From IMG/VR virus record IMGVR_UViG_3300037423_001503: DNA of 64,000 nucleotides, one strand, 5' to 3'. Below are positions 8,045 through 16,445 of the stretch, piece by piece. Source of the stretch: a virus. Position numbers and translations under genes: made by a program. Under the pieces are notes generated by a model. It made no database searches. It saw only the letters and a program-made list of their open reading frames with translations, and was not told the DNA's origin. Numbering within the stretch: position 1 is the first letter of the stretch; every line of letters begins with the position of its first letter.

Positions 8045-8706
8045 CTGGCCCGCCTACGCATGATCAGACCGCGCGAACGCCGGGCTGCCGGACCAAACGC
8101 AGGGTCAGACGGCGTCGAAGCCGCCGCACCATCAGCCGAAAGCGAAGTCATCTTCGCCTGGTTGTTAGTCGCGTAGACACCGTAGATTCCGGCGCGTCCA
8201 GCGGCGGTGATCGCGTTATCCGACGACGTTCCCTTTGTCGTTCCGCCGAGCTTCAACACCTTCGAGGCGTCGGTGATGCTGAGCACCAAGTCTGTGGCTA
8301 CAGAGTTGTTGCCGAACGTGTTGACAAGGTTCGTGACCGTGCCGGCGACGACCTTGTCGAGATTCAACGTAGCGAAAGTGCCAGTGCTGTCGGCTGTGTA
8401 GGCGCGGTAGTAGGTGTTCGCTGCTGTGTCGATGCGACCGGCGACCCCGAGACAATCGCCGCTACCCAGGGTGGTGACCGCGTTGATGGAACCGGTGACG
8501 TCGTAGGCCGCGCCACTGGGCACGCCGCTGGCGTAGTAGATGCCGTTGCTGATGCCGTTGTTGACCAGGAGGTTGCCCGAGCCATCGAGATTGAAGGCCG
8601 CCGCTGACGAAGAAGAGTGCGCAGTCCACGTAGCGCCCGTCTCGCCCGTGTGGCTAGTTAGGACTACGCCGCTGCCTGTGAAGGTGTCGTTGACGAAGAT
8701 GGCCAT
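8041..8706 (-). CDS. virion protein with lectin-like beta-sandwich
   Basis: Gly/Thr/Ser-rich; ITAAGRAGIYG motif. Confidence 0.65.
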   Translation of the reverse strand: MAIFVNDTFTGSGVVLTSHTGETGATWTAHSSSSAAAFNLDGSGNLLVNNGISNGIYYASGVPSGAAYDVTGSINAVTTLGSGDCLGVAGRIDTAANTYYRAYTADSTGTFATLNLDKVVAGTVTNLVNTFGNNSVATDLVLSITDASKVLKLGGTTKGTSSDNAITAAGRAGIYGVYATNNQAKMTSLSADGAAASTPSDPAFGPAARRSRGLIMRRRAR

Positions 8707-8707
8707 C

Positions 8708-9118
8708 TCATCCGCCGGTTAGCTGGTCGATCTCGAAGCCTGCACCATCCAGTAGCGTCTTGCCCAGCGCTGTGAGCACGTCACCAACGGTGTCGCCTGG
8801 CTCTGGAATCAGTGTCCTGCCGAAGCAATCAGAGAACGCCGACTGCCAGTACTGCTGAGCGACCGAGGCGAGATCCTCCCATCTGATCTCAACATCCGGA
8901 AGCACGTAGTGGTCTACGTCATCGCGCAGGGCGGCCACGTCGGGCGCAGAGACCAACGCCCATGCGTGCAGCGGGTGGCCCAGCCGGTCAGATGGGATCG
9001 ACGACGAGACGCTACCCTCGATGAGGGCGGCGCGCATCAAGTCCGCTGTCTTGGGACGGTAGGGGTTGTTTGGGCTGCCGTCCCCTAGGATCGGCGCCAG
9101 GTAGTAGCGCCAGGTCAT
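8708..9118 (-). CDS. hypothetical protein (virion module)
   Basis: GDG...NPYRP motif, operonic. Confidence 0.65.
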   Translation of the reverse strand: MTWRYYLAPILGDGSPNNPYRPKTADLMRAALIEGSVSSSIPSDRLGHPLHAWALVSAPDVAALRDDVDHYVLPDVEIRWEDLASVAQQYWQSAFSDCFGRTLIPEPGDTVGDVLTALGKTLLDGAGFEIDQLTGG

Positions 9119-9125
9119 TTGAGCC

Positions 9126-9596
9126 TTAGAGTTCGCGGCAGTACAGAGTCCCCGACATGGTCAGGGAGTCCGCAGGAGTCGTAGCAAGGCGGACAACAAG
9201 CGTCGTCTGCGCCTGGTTGACCTTCCACTCGCAGCCCTCAGGGAGCCAAAGCTGATAGCCGGCTCGAACGTTGAAGGCGTCGTTGTGGAGGTCGACTGTA
9301 GTGCCGGTGTTGGCGACGGTGGTGTTGTTGATCTCAGCGGCAAAGCCAGCCGCAGTATCGGCAGGCGACAGCGCCGTTGGGGTCGCGGCCGATCCGCCAG
9401 ATCCGGAGGCGGTGAATCCTCGAATAACACGCAGCGCAAGCTGCTCGTCCTGAGCGTCACCCGCGTCCGAGGACTGAGCCAGCATCAAGCCGAGAACCTC
9501 GACCGGCTTATCGTCGGCCGGCGAGATCTCGAAGAAATCCTGCTGGGCCGTTACCGCAACAGAATTGAACGCAACTGTGTAGTAACGAGCAGCCAT
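9126..9596 (-). CDS. virion structural protein
   Basis: Operonic, structural-type composition. Confidence 0.65.
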   Translation of the reverse strand: MAARYYTVAFNSVAVTAQQDFFEISPADDKPVEVLGLMLAQSSDAGDAQDEQLALRVIRGFTASGSGGSAATPTALSPADTAAGFAAEINNTTVANTGTTVDLHNDAFNVRAGYQLWLPEGCEWKVNQAQTTLVVRLATTPADSLTMSGTLYCREL

Positions 9597-9599
9597 GGA

Positions 9600-10064
9600 C
9601 TAGGCGGCGCGAGCGAAGCCGGCGGCGGCGATCTGCGCGGTTACGTCAGAGCCGTCCGTCGTGACGACGAAGTCATGAGCCGTGAGAGGAACGAGGTTGG
9701 CGTCCGTGCCGCCAGTGGTGTCATCGTCGTAGCAGACGAGAAGCTTGGCAGTGGTGTTGTTGGTCGCACCGCCTAGACCGGTCCACGTGATGTCGTTCAT
9801 GTCGATATCGAGACGGTCGTTCGTGTTGTCGACTGTCACGGTGATGCCGGAGGCGGTCTTGCGGACGTAGTTGGTTGCGTTGGACTCGACGTTAGCGGTA
9901 CCGCCACCGGCGGCGAGTAGCGCCGATAGGGTCGTGTAGTCCTTGAGGGTTGCGTCGGTCTCGGCGGTCTTCAAGAGGACGACGATCAGTGCGTCGTTCG
10001 CAGCAGGAAGCTCGGCGTAGTACTTGATCTTGCCCTTAGCGACGTTGAAGACGAAATCAGCCAT
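9600..10064 (-). CDS. phage virion/tail-associated structural protein
   Basis: MADFVFNVAKG...VTTDGSDVTAQI pattern common in actinophage virion proteins. Confidence 0.7.
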   Translation of the reverse strand: MADFVFNVAKGKIKYYAELPAANDALIVVLLKTAETDATLKDYTTLSALLAAGGGTANVESNATNYVRKTASGITVTVDNTNDRLDIDMNDITWTGLGGATNNTTAKLLVCYDDDTTGGTDANLVPLTAHDFVVTTDGSDVTAQIAAAGFARAA

Positions 10065-10133
10065 GAGACAAGTCTACGGGCGCGTCTGACATGCGACCTC
10101 GACTTCGGCGCGCAGGCATGGTAGGCTTCGCTG

Positions 10134-10619
10134 ATGCGTCCAGTCATGTACATCGTCGCCAACGAGGGTCTCGGCATGTCGCCAGGCAAGCTCGCCGCCC
10201 AGACCGCTCATGCCGCCGTCGAGGCCTACCGACTCTCATGTATCGAAGCTCCCGTAGACAAGTTCGGGGTTACATTCCGAGGCGAAGCACGCCTTGTCAA
10301 GGAGTGGTACAAGGGCGGCCACTACACGAAGATCGTTCTCGGCGCTCGCGATTCTCAGCATCTGCTGACGCTAGAGCGCTACATCAAGGAGCGCGGCTTC
10401 AAGACCGCGTTGATCATCGACGAGGGTCGGACAGAGATCGAGCCACACTCGCCGACAGCGATCGGCGTCGAGATCGTCGACAAGGACGACGAGCACACCT
10501 GGGCGACGTTTGGGTCGATCAAGCTCTTCGGGCAGGCCAGCCGTCCGCCCAAGCGAGTCGACTACGACACCGCGACTGTGAGCCGCTACGGAAAGTTCTT
10601 CAACGCGCTCAAGAGTTAG
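10134..10619 (+). CDS. pth2: peptidyl-tRNA hydrolase, Pth2 family
   Basis: MYIVAN..LGMSPGKLAAQTAHA, KIVL, IIDEGRTEI..SPTAIG; TCGACT-17-TAGGCT leaderless promoter. Confidence 0.9.
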   Translation: MRPVMYIVANEGLGMSPGKLAAQTAHAAVEAYRLSCIEAPVDKFGVTFRGEARLVKEWYKGGHYTKIVLGARDSQHLLTLERYIKERGFKTALIIDEGRTEIEPHSPTAIGVEIVDKDDEHTWATFGSIKLFGQASRPPKRVDYDTATVSRYGKFFNALKS

Positions 10620-10751
10620 TCGTGCGTAGTCCGCTCTGGGCCGTTTACAGTCTCGTTGTGACCAGCGCAGTGGCCGTGTACGGGGTGCTCACGATTCGCC
10701 TGTTGCGTGAGTTCAGATCAGAGTACGAGGAGTACAAGGACTTGCTGTAGA

Positions 10752-10783
10752 ACGACGAAAGGCCTCCCTAGGGAGGCCTTTCT
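10752..10783. terminator. bidirectional intrinsic terminator
   Basis: GAAAGGCCTCCC-TA-GGGAGGCCTTTC. Confidence 0.8.
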
Positions 10784-10787
10784 GATA

Positions 10788-10861
10788 TGGAGCCGGTCGG
10801 ATTCGAACCGACGGCCCTCCGCGTTTCAAACGGATGCTCTACCTGACTGAGCTACAACTCC
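10788..10861 (-). tRNA. trnF: tRNA-Phe(GAA)
   Basis: TCCGT-TTGAAAC-GCGGA; canonical D and T arms. Confidence 0.9.
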
Positions 10862-10930
10862 GAGCCCCGGGCTCACACCGGGAACCGTCATGCCCAACAT
10901 GACCCTTACGGACGCCCTTGGCGTCGGTGC
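10862..10930 (-). pseudogene. degenerate tRNA-like element (Pro-TGG-like anticodon arm)
   Basis: Three hairpins; GTCAT-GTTGGGC-ATGAC and CCCGG-TGTGAGC-CCGGG; acceptor stem incomplete. Confidence 0.4.
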
Positions 10931-10936
10931 ATTGAG

Positions 10937-11008
10937 AGCAGATGACCGGACTCGAACCGGCTCTTGAGGCTTGGAAGGCCGCCGTGCAACCAGTAACACT
11001 TCATCTGC
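10937..11008 (-). tRNA. trnG: tRNA-Gly(TCC)
   Basis: Anticodon loop CTTCCAA, U discriminator; A at position 8. Confidence 0.88.
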
Positions 11009-11012
11009 TTGA

Positions 11013-11084
11013 AGCTCCCGCAGAGACTTGAACTCTGCCCTCTCGGGTACGAACCGAGCACAACGCCATCTTTGCTTCAGGAGC
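11013..11084 (-). tRNA. trnT: tRNA-Thr(CGT)
   Basis: CTCGG-TTCGTAC-CCGAG; A at position 8. Confidence 0.88.
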
Positions 11085-11088
11085 GAAC

Positions 11089-11222
11089 TGGCCGGCGCTC
11101 TACCAATTGAGCTACAAGCGGGCGAAGAACCATCGAGGAGCGACCTCAAAAGTAATCCGACTCGACGTGCACATCGAGAAGGGTTGCCGCCAGGGCGGAC
11201 TCGAACCACCAACCTCCGGCCA
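11089..11222 (-). ncRNA. circularly permuted tRNA-like RNA (YrlA-like topology)
   Basis: T-arm half (11186-11222) precedes D-arm half (11089-11121), separated by a 64-nt structured insert; ends pair as TGGCCGG/CCGGCCA. Confidence 0.8.
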
Positions 11223-11224
11223 TA

Positions 11225-11298
11225 AGCCGACTGTGGGACTCGAACCCACGACATTCGTCTTACAAGGACGACGCTCTAGCCATCTGAGCTAAGTCGGC
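11225..11298 (-). tRNA. trnT: tRNA-Thr(TGT)
   Basis: TCGTC-CTTGTAA-GACGA. Confidence 0.93.
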
Positions 11299-11301
11299 GT
11301 A

Positions 11302-11373
11302 AGCTGCGACCGGGAATTGAACCCGGGACTCGACCGTACCAAGGTCGCGTGTTGCCACTAGCACTATCGCAGC
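11302..11373 (-). tRNA. trnT: tRNA-Thr(GGT)
   Basis: CGACC-TTGGTAC-GGTCG. Confidence 0.92.
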
Positions 11374-11376
11374 GTA

Positions 11377-11451
11377 TGCCCCTGGCAGGAATCGAACCTG
11401 CGTGCCGGTGGGTAAGAGCCACCTTCTAAAGCCAACTTTTGTTACAGAGGC
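11377..11451 (-). tRNA. trnK: tRNA-Lys(CTT), atypical D arm
   Basis: GGTGG-CTCTTAC-CCACC, T-loop GGTTCGATTCC; poorly paired D stem. Confidence 0.8.
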
Positions 11452-11454
11452 GGA

Positions 11455-11527
11455 AGTGGAAGACGGGACTCGAACCCGCGGCCTTCTCCATGGCAAGGAG
11501 ACGCTCTACCAACTGAGCTACATCCAC
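11455..11527 (-). tRNA. trnG: tRNA-Gly(GCC)
   Basis: TCTCC-TTGCCAT-GGAGA. Confidence 0.93.
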
Positions 11528-11532
11528 GTGAG

Positions 11533-11606
11533 TAGGTCCTCTGGGACTCGAACCCAGGACCTCCCGCGTATCAGACGGACGCTCTAACCAACTGAGCTAA
11601 GGACCT
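11533..11606 (-). tRNA. trnI: tRNA-Ile(GAT)
   Basis: Anticodon loop CTGATAC. Confidence 0.93.
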
Positions 11607-11612
11607 ATGAAG

Positions 11613-11685
11613 TGCTCGATGTAGGACTCGAACCTACGACCCCACGCTTGTAAGGCGCGTGCTCTCCCAACTGAGCTAATCGAGC
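11613..11685 (-). tRNA. trnV: tRNA-Val(TAC)
   Basis: Anticodon loop CTTACAA. Confidence 0.93.
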
Positions 11686-11689
11686 GGAG

Positions 11690-11762
11690 TGGAGGATACG
11701 GGACTCGAACCCGTGGCTTCCAGCATGCCATGCTGGCGCTCTCCCAACTGAGCTAATCCCCC
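11690..11762 (-). tRNA. trnA: tRNA-Ala(GGC)
   Basis: CCAGC-ATGGCAT-GCTGG; G3:U70. Confidence 0.93.
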
Positions 11763-11827
11763 GCAGCTAGTTGATAACGGTGCTAGCTCACCGAGTCCGG
11801 AGTTAGGGCCTCCGGACTAGGAACCCA

Positions 11828-11901
11828 TGGACCTAGAGGGATTCGAACCCTCAACCCTCTGCGTGCAAAGCAGGCGCTCTACCAATTGGAGCTACAGGCC
11901 C
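11828..11901 (-). tRNA. trnA: tRNA-Ala(TGC)
   Basis: Anticodon loop TTTGCAC; G3:U70. Confidence 0.93.
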
Positions 11902-11940
11902 GTGGTGCCCCGGCGCGGGGCCGGAGCGGGTGAGAGAGGA

Positions 11941-11962
11941 ACTCTAGCAGATCTTGGTGACA
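11941..11962 (-). promoter_or_regulatory. Promoter of tRNA cluster 3 (TGTCA-N11-TAGAGT)
   Basis: Conserved with 219-240 and 5742-5763. Confidence 0.7.
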
Positions 11963-11973
11963 GATGTCGAGCG

Positions 11974-12213
11974 CTAGGCTCGGACCGCTGTCACGCCGAT
12001 CTCGTCAGCCGCCGCGAAGCCGTCGGACTCGGCCTGCGCCTCACTGTCCGCCCAGCCCTGCACGGTCTCGTCGCGCCACTGAATCTCAGGCTCGCCGGTC
12101 TCAGCGTTGTGGCGAGCCACGAACGGCATCATCCCCTGTAGCGACCAGTAGAACGCAGGGTGGTCGTCGTCCGGCTCAGGGAACACGTATAGCTTGACTG
12201 GATCGTAGTCCAT
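11974..12213 (-). CDS. hypothetical protein
   Basis: AGGAG RBS before ATG 12213; acidic. Confidence 0.65.
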   Translation of the reverse strand: MDYDPVKLYVFPEPDDDHPAFYWSLQGMMPFVARHNAETGEPEIQWRDETVQGWADSEAQAESDGFAAADEIGVTAVRA

Positions 12214-12224
12214 TGTTTGATCTC

Positions 12225-14933
12225 CTAGGCGACCGAGTCGAACGGCGTCATCGTGCAGATGCGGTCCCACGGGCCGGCGTAGCCGTCAGCGTAGCCCAGG
12301 ATCGACGGGTGACTTGAGTTCGGGTCGCGCTTCTGGTAGGTGCCTGACGCGCCGGCCGCGGTGACGGCAGCGCTGCTGCGTCCCCAGTAGTCGGCAGAAT
12401 CGTGGAACGCAACGTGCGCGTTGTCGATTGCGACCTGGCGAGCAAGCTTAGCATACGTGCGCAGCGGATCGTTCGGAGACGCGGTCTCAGATCCCGACTG
12501 GCACGGCATGTTGATAACCACGCACCATCCGTCCGAGGTGACCTGCTGGACGATCGTCGTCAACGCTGACTGGAACAGCGCAGGGGTGACGCCGCAGTCG
12601 ATTCCGGTCGCCAACAACTCCTTGGTCTGCTCGTTGGTGGCGAAGTTGATGATCATCAGGCCTGAGGTTCCTGCCCAGCGGTAGTGAGCCCTGAGGCTCG
12701 CTGTGCGCTGTGACGACGACAGGATGTTCGTGCCGTCTGGCGTCCATAGGGTTCCGTTGTAGACACCGCCGCCCATGTTGGGCAGCGTGTAGCCCATCTG
12801 ACCGATGCGGTGTACGGGAGCACCTGTCGTGTAGCCAGCCTGAGTGAGCAGTACGAAGCCGATGACGGTGCACTGACCGGACGACGGGCCGGTCACTACG
12901 TAGGTGTCGGTGTCGAGCGCGCCCAGCCCCGAGGTCGTCGAGTTCGCCGCCGCGGAATCCATCCAGCGGATCGACGGAATGTCGGTTCCGTCAGGGGTCA
13001 GTGCGAGCGCGCCGCTTCCGCGCACCGTGTAGGTGATGCCAGTGTCGCCGGAGCGGTTGGACAGAATGATGCCGACGGCCTTGATGTTCTGTCCGGCCCA
13101 GTTGGACATCGCCAGCGTGATCGTGTGCGTGTTGGCGGTGAAGCGTCGGTTGTGGCGCAGCGCCGCCGGTCCGGTCGAAAGGCCGGTACCGATGCCGCCG
13201 CCTAGCGTCAGGCGTGAGTCATCAGGGAAGATGAAGCCCTCGCCAGGGGTGATTCCGAGGCGTGCCGCGAGCTTGGTGCGCAGGCGTGTTGCGGGGCTGT
13301 ACGGTAGGCAGGTCGCGTTTGCCGTCTGGAGTGTAGAGCCGTCCCAGTACTCGCCGTGGACGTGACTGTCGCCGACAACGACGATCGGGAACTTGGTGAC
13401 GTCGGCGTTGGCGAGACCGGCACGCAGACGCTCAAGGTGATCAGGCGCGGTGACGCGCGGCTGTACATCGCCGGTTCGATTGCGTCGGCGCGACTTGTGC
13501 TCGCCGTTCTGGATCTCCTTTGGCACCGTCATGAGGAGGTTGTCGTCGCGAAGCACGACGGCGTCCTCTGGGTGCGTGTCGGTGGAGTTCAGGACTCGCG
13601 TCGAAACAGCGGTCCAGGTCAGCGACGGCTGGTAGCTGCCAGTGACGACAATGGCGGCGTTCGGCGCACGATAAGTGTTACCGGTTGGGTCGGCGACAAG
13701 ATCCTTCTCGGCAGAGATGTGATCAAGCCCATCAACATGAACGCTGCATGTGCAGGCGTCGATGATGATGCAGTCGCGCTGCTTTCCGACTTCTGCCCAC
13801 TCGTGTACGCCGGCCTGCTGCAAAAGGCTGTTCTGCTCGCTCTTGATGTTGCGGAGCGTGACGACGCCACTGTTGGTGGGGTGGCGGATGTTGTGTAGGT
13901 AGACGAGCCCGAGGCCGTTACCGTCGCCTGAGAAGTTAGAGACGCTCAGCGTCTGAACGAGTCCGGTGACCGGGTCGTCTTCGACGCGTAGTCCGTAGTC
14001 ACGGTTGTAGAAGGCGCGGCAGCCTGAGAGATCCTGAATCGGAACGCAGCCCGTTGGGAAGTGGAACGCCGAGCCGGCGAAGCCGATTACGTGCGTGTCC
14101 CTGATGTTGAAGCCGTCCTGTGGGCGCGCGGCGGTTCCGTCAGCGAGCCCGCAGTAGATGCCGGATCCAGACGAGCCCGAGTCGATCGGACCCTGAAGTG
14201 TTCCTAGCTCGATGTCGAGCGGTCCGATGAACGGAACCGATGAGGTGAACTGAGGAGTAAAGACAACTGCGTGCTTCGCGCCGACGCCCTCAAGCTGCTG
14301 AAGCAGCGTGCCGGCGAGGTGGCCGTTCTTGAGACCGTAGAAGACGCCGAAGTGGTCGCCCCAGCCCGAGGTTCGGACCTTGACGCCCGACGGGATCACA
14401 AGCTGCGTGAAGCGTGTCCAACCGGACGGAATGAAGCCGTAGCGCTGGTTGCCGTCGGCGGCGAGGGCGGCGAAGAAGTTGTTGAGGGCCGTCGTGTCGT
14501 CGGTACCCCAGGCGGCGGCTGCGGTGGAGACAGTCGTCGAGGCGTTGAGGGCCGTCGTGAAGCCTGAGTTGCTGTACAGGATCGCCTTACCGGCCGTGAT
14601 ACCGCCAATCCATCCGTAGAGCACTACGCCTGCCGCGCCAGCGCCCTTGACGACGACGCGCTTGCCGACATCGGCGGTTGTGAAGGTGTAGCTAGAGACG
14701 GTTAGCTGGTTCGAGCCCGACGTCATGGACGCCGCGTTCGTCGTCGGTGACTGCCAGTCTAGCTTGACGCCGTAGTCGCGCGCGTCAATATGAGGAAGAA
14801 CACCGAGCAGTGACGGCCGATACGGAGTACCATCAGGATTCTGACCCGAGTCAAGACGCGACAGCTTGTCGCGGACCTCGTAGGCGGTGCCGTAGAAGGT
14901 CGACTTGGATGCTAGGTACTTATCGGCGGCCAT
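12225..14933 (-). CDS. tail spike / depolymerase: beta-helix plus C-terminal SGNH hydrolase
   Basis: DARDYG...GTDDTTAL..F pectate-lyase-like N-term; VVVGDSH, FATNE, SSHPSILGY SGNH blocks. Confidence 0.8.
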   Translation of the reverse strand: MAADKYLASKSTFYGTAYEVRDKLSRLDSGQNPDGTPYRPSLLGVLPHIDARDYGVKLDWQSPTTNAASMTSGSNQLTVSSYTFTTADVGKRVVVKGAGAAGVVLYGWIGGITAGKAILYSNSGFTTALNASTTVSTAAAAWGTDDTTALNNFFAALAADGNQRYGFIPSGWTRFTQLVIPSGVKVRTSGWGDHFGVFYGLKNGHLAGTLLQQLEGVGAKHAVVFTPQFTSSVPFIGPLDIELGTLQGPIDSGSSGSGIYCGLADGTAARPQDGFNIRDTHVIGFAGSAFHFPTGCVPIQDLSGCRAFYNRDYGLRVEDDPVTGLVQTLSVSNFSGDGNGLGLVYLHNIRHPTNSGVVTLRNIKSEQNSLLQQAGVHEWAEVGKQRDCIIIDACTCSVHVDGLDHISAEKDLVADPTGNTYRAPNAAIVVTGSYQPSLTWTAVSTRVLNSTDTHPEDAVVLRDDNLLMTVPKEIQNGEHKSRRRNRTGDVQPRVTAPDHLERLRAGLANADVTKFPIVVVGDSHVHGEYWDGSTLQTANATCLPYSPATRLRTKLAARLGITPGEGFIFPDDSRLTLGGGIGTGLSTGPAALRHNRRFTANTHTITLAMSNWAGQNIKAVGIILSNRSGDTGITYTVRGSGALALTPDGTDIPSIRWMDSAAANSTTSGLGALDTDTYVVTGPSSGQCTVIGFVLLTQAGYTTGAPVHRIGQMGYTLPNMGGGVYNGTLWTPDGTNILSSSQRTASLRAHYRWAGTSGLMIINFATNEQTKELLATGIDCGVTPALFQSALTTIVQQVTSDGWCVVINMPCQSGSETASPNDPLRTYAKLARQVAIDNAHVAFHDSADYWGRSSAAVTAAGASGTYQKRDPNSSHPSILGYADGYAGPWDRICTMTPFDSVA

Positions 14934-14964
14934 TGATTCAATCTTAGAGGCCGCCGTGCCTGTT

Positions 14965-15426
14965 CTAGTCCACCCGCTGAGCCCTCTCTGAGTTCTCAGA
15001 GGCAGTCTTCTGTGCGTGGCACTTTGTGCACAGAAGCTGAAGATTCTCTAGTTCGAAGCCACCGCCATCGATGAGCGGAACTACGTGGTCGACTTCGAGC
15101 TTCCCTCCCCAGGGCTCTCCATCGACGAGATCAAACGGATGATGGCGGCGTCGGCGGCAGCGATTTCCGTCTCGCTCGATGAGCATCTTTCTAGCCGTTC
15201 GATGGTCGTAGAAAGCCCGCCAGGAGATGACGCAGTTTGGTTCGTCGCCGCGCCCGTCGTGCCAGTTTCGCTGGCGTCCGGTTGGTCCGTCTTCGACAAC
15301 TTCGCCGCAGAAACGACAGCGGCCAAAGTCTGCATCGTAATGAGGGAGTCGCGCCTTCCGGTGCGACGGACGTCCTCGCGTGCTGTTTGAACTACCAGCC
15401 CGGCGACGTCGTCCAGTCCGGGCCAA
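14965..15426 (-). CDS. HNH endonuclease
   Basis: LEVDHVVPLIDGG...NLQLLCTKCHAQKT. Confidence 0.9.
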   Translation of the reverse strand: MARTGRRRRAGSSNSTRGRPSHRKARLPHYDADFGRCRFCGEVVEDGPTGRQRNWHDGRGDEPNCVISWRAFYDHRTARKMLIERDGNRCRRRRHHPFDLVDGEPWGGKLEVDHVVPLIDGGGFELENLQLLCTKCHAQKTASENSERAQRVD

Positions 15427-15429
15427 TGA

Positions 15430-15726
15430 TCAGCGGCCGGAGACCAGGACGTCAATGTCCTGGGTGCCTGAGGCGACGATTCCATAGATGGACTCGCCGG
15501 GCTCAAGCGTAACTCGAAGCAGGCTGCCAACTCCGACGATCCAACGCGCTCCTGTGGAGGCCGTGACGGCCGAGCCGCCCAACACCACCGTGGCCGGCGT
15601 GGTCGAGGCGTTGATGAGTATTACCTCGACCGCTGCCCAATCCGCGGCTGCCGCGGTGCTGGCTGCGTTCGACGCTAGAAGCGTCGCTGCTGTGGTGACG
15701 GTGCGGCGGAAGGGCGCGATTGCCAT
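15430..15726 (-). CDS. small virion-type protein
   Basis: Beta-rich, LEPGESIYGI motif; leaderless TGACA-10-TACTCT promoter. Confidence 0.65.
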   Translation of the reverse strand: MAIAPFRRTVTTAATLLASNAASTAAAADWAAVEVILINASTTPATVVLGGSAVTASTGARWIVGVGSLLRVTLEPGESIYGIVASGTQDIDVLVSGR

Positions 15727-15761
15727 ACATGAAGAGTACCTCCGCGCCTGTCACGTCACCG

Positions 15762-15989
15762 CTACCAGAGAACGACAACCTGTCGGTACTCGTCTGGTAG
15801 CCAGCCGTCGAGATCATCCTGATCGATGAGGCTTAGCTCGTTGCGGCGCGCCTCATAGGTGTGGGCGGCATTCTCGACGACAGCGATCGACACCGGGTCG
15901 AAGTCGTTGCCCTCGTCATCGGCTGACTTCCAGATCTCTAGATCAGGAGGAAGCGTCTGAAGGCGTTCGATGAGATCACTGACGAGCAT
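15762..15989 (-). CDS. hypothetical phage protein
   Basis: DDEGNDF...VVVLW motif; AGGAGG RBS. Confidence 0.7.
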   Translation of the reverse strand: MLVSDLIERLQTLPPDLEIWKSADDEGNDFDPVSIAVVENAAHTYEARRNELSLIDQDDLDGWLPDEYRQVVVLW

Positions 15990-16152
15990 CAGACCTCCTT
16001 GAGGAGGCTGAGCAGACGCTCCCAGGCCGCATGGCCTTGGACACGTAGCTCATCCTGACGGGCTGCGCGATCACGCGCATCGCGGTTCGTACGCCAGCGG
16101 TCGCGCTTTGCTCGGCGCGCCTTCTGGGCAGCGGTCTTCGCCGTCGGTACGC

Positions 16153-16383
16153 TCACAGTTCGAGCGCGCCTTCGGCGTCCATGCCGTCGCGGGCGTCGTC
16201 CTGCGCCGTGAACTTCAGCGAAAGGAACTTCGCTCCGCCGCTGCGGGGCTCACGTGTCCACGCCGCGATGCGGTAGTCGGTTCCCTCGATGGTGCACTTG
16301 CCGGTGAAGTCGGGTGAGCGGTCGGACTTCTTCTCGCGCGCCCGAAAGAGGACGCCACTTAGCTCGTCGTCGTATTCAGCCAT
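16153..16383 (-). CDS. DUF736-like small ssDNA-binding-type protein
   Basis: GVLF...KKSDRSPDFTG...IAAW...FLSL. Confidence 0.7.
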   Translation of the reverse strand: MAEYDDELSGVLFRAREKKSDRSPDFTGKCTIEGTDYRIAAWTREPRSGGAKFLSLKFTAQDDARDGMDAEGALEL

Positions 16384-16445
16384 GACCTGGAAGTGTACCA
16401 GATCGCGGCTGAGACGGAGCGACTTGCTTCGCTACAACAAGACAT

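Noticed and set aside
11085-11224. Two-piece (permuted) tmRNA, or a tRNA split by an integration event
   Set aside because: Has a full D stem, no G3:U70 pair and no tag reading frame; the halves are in permuted order and no integrase is in the window
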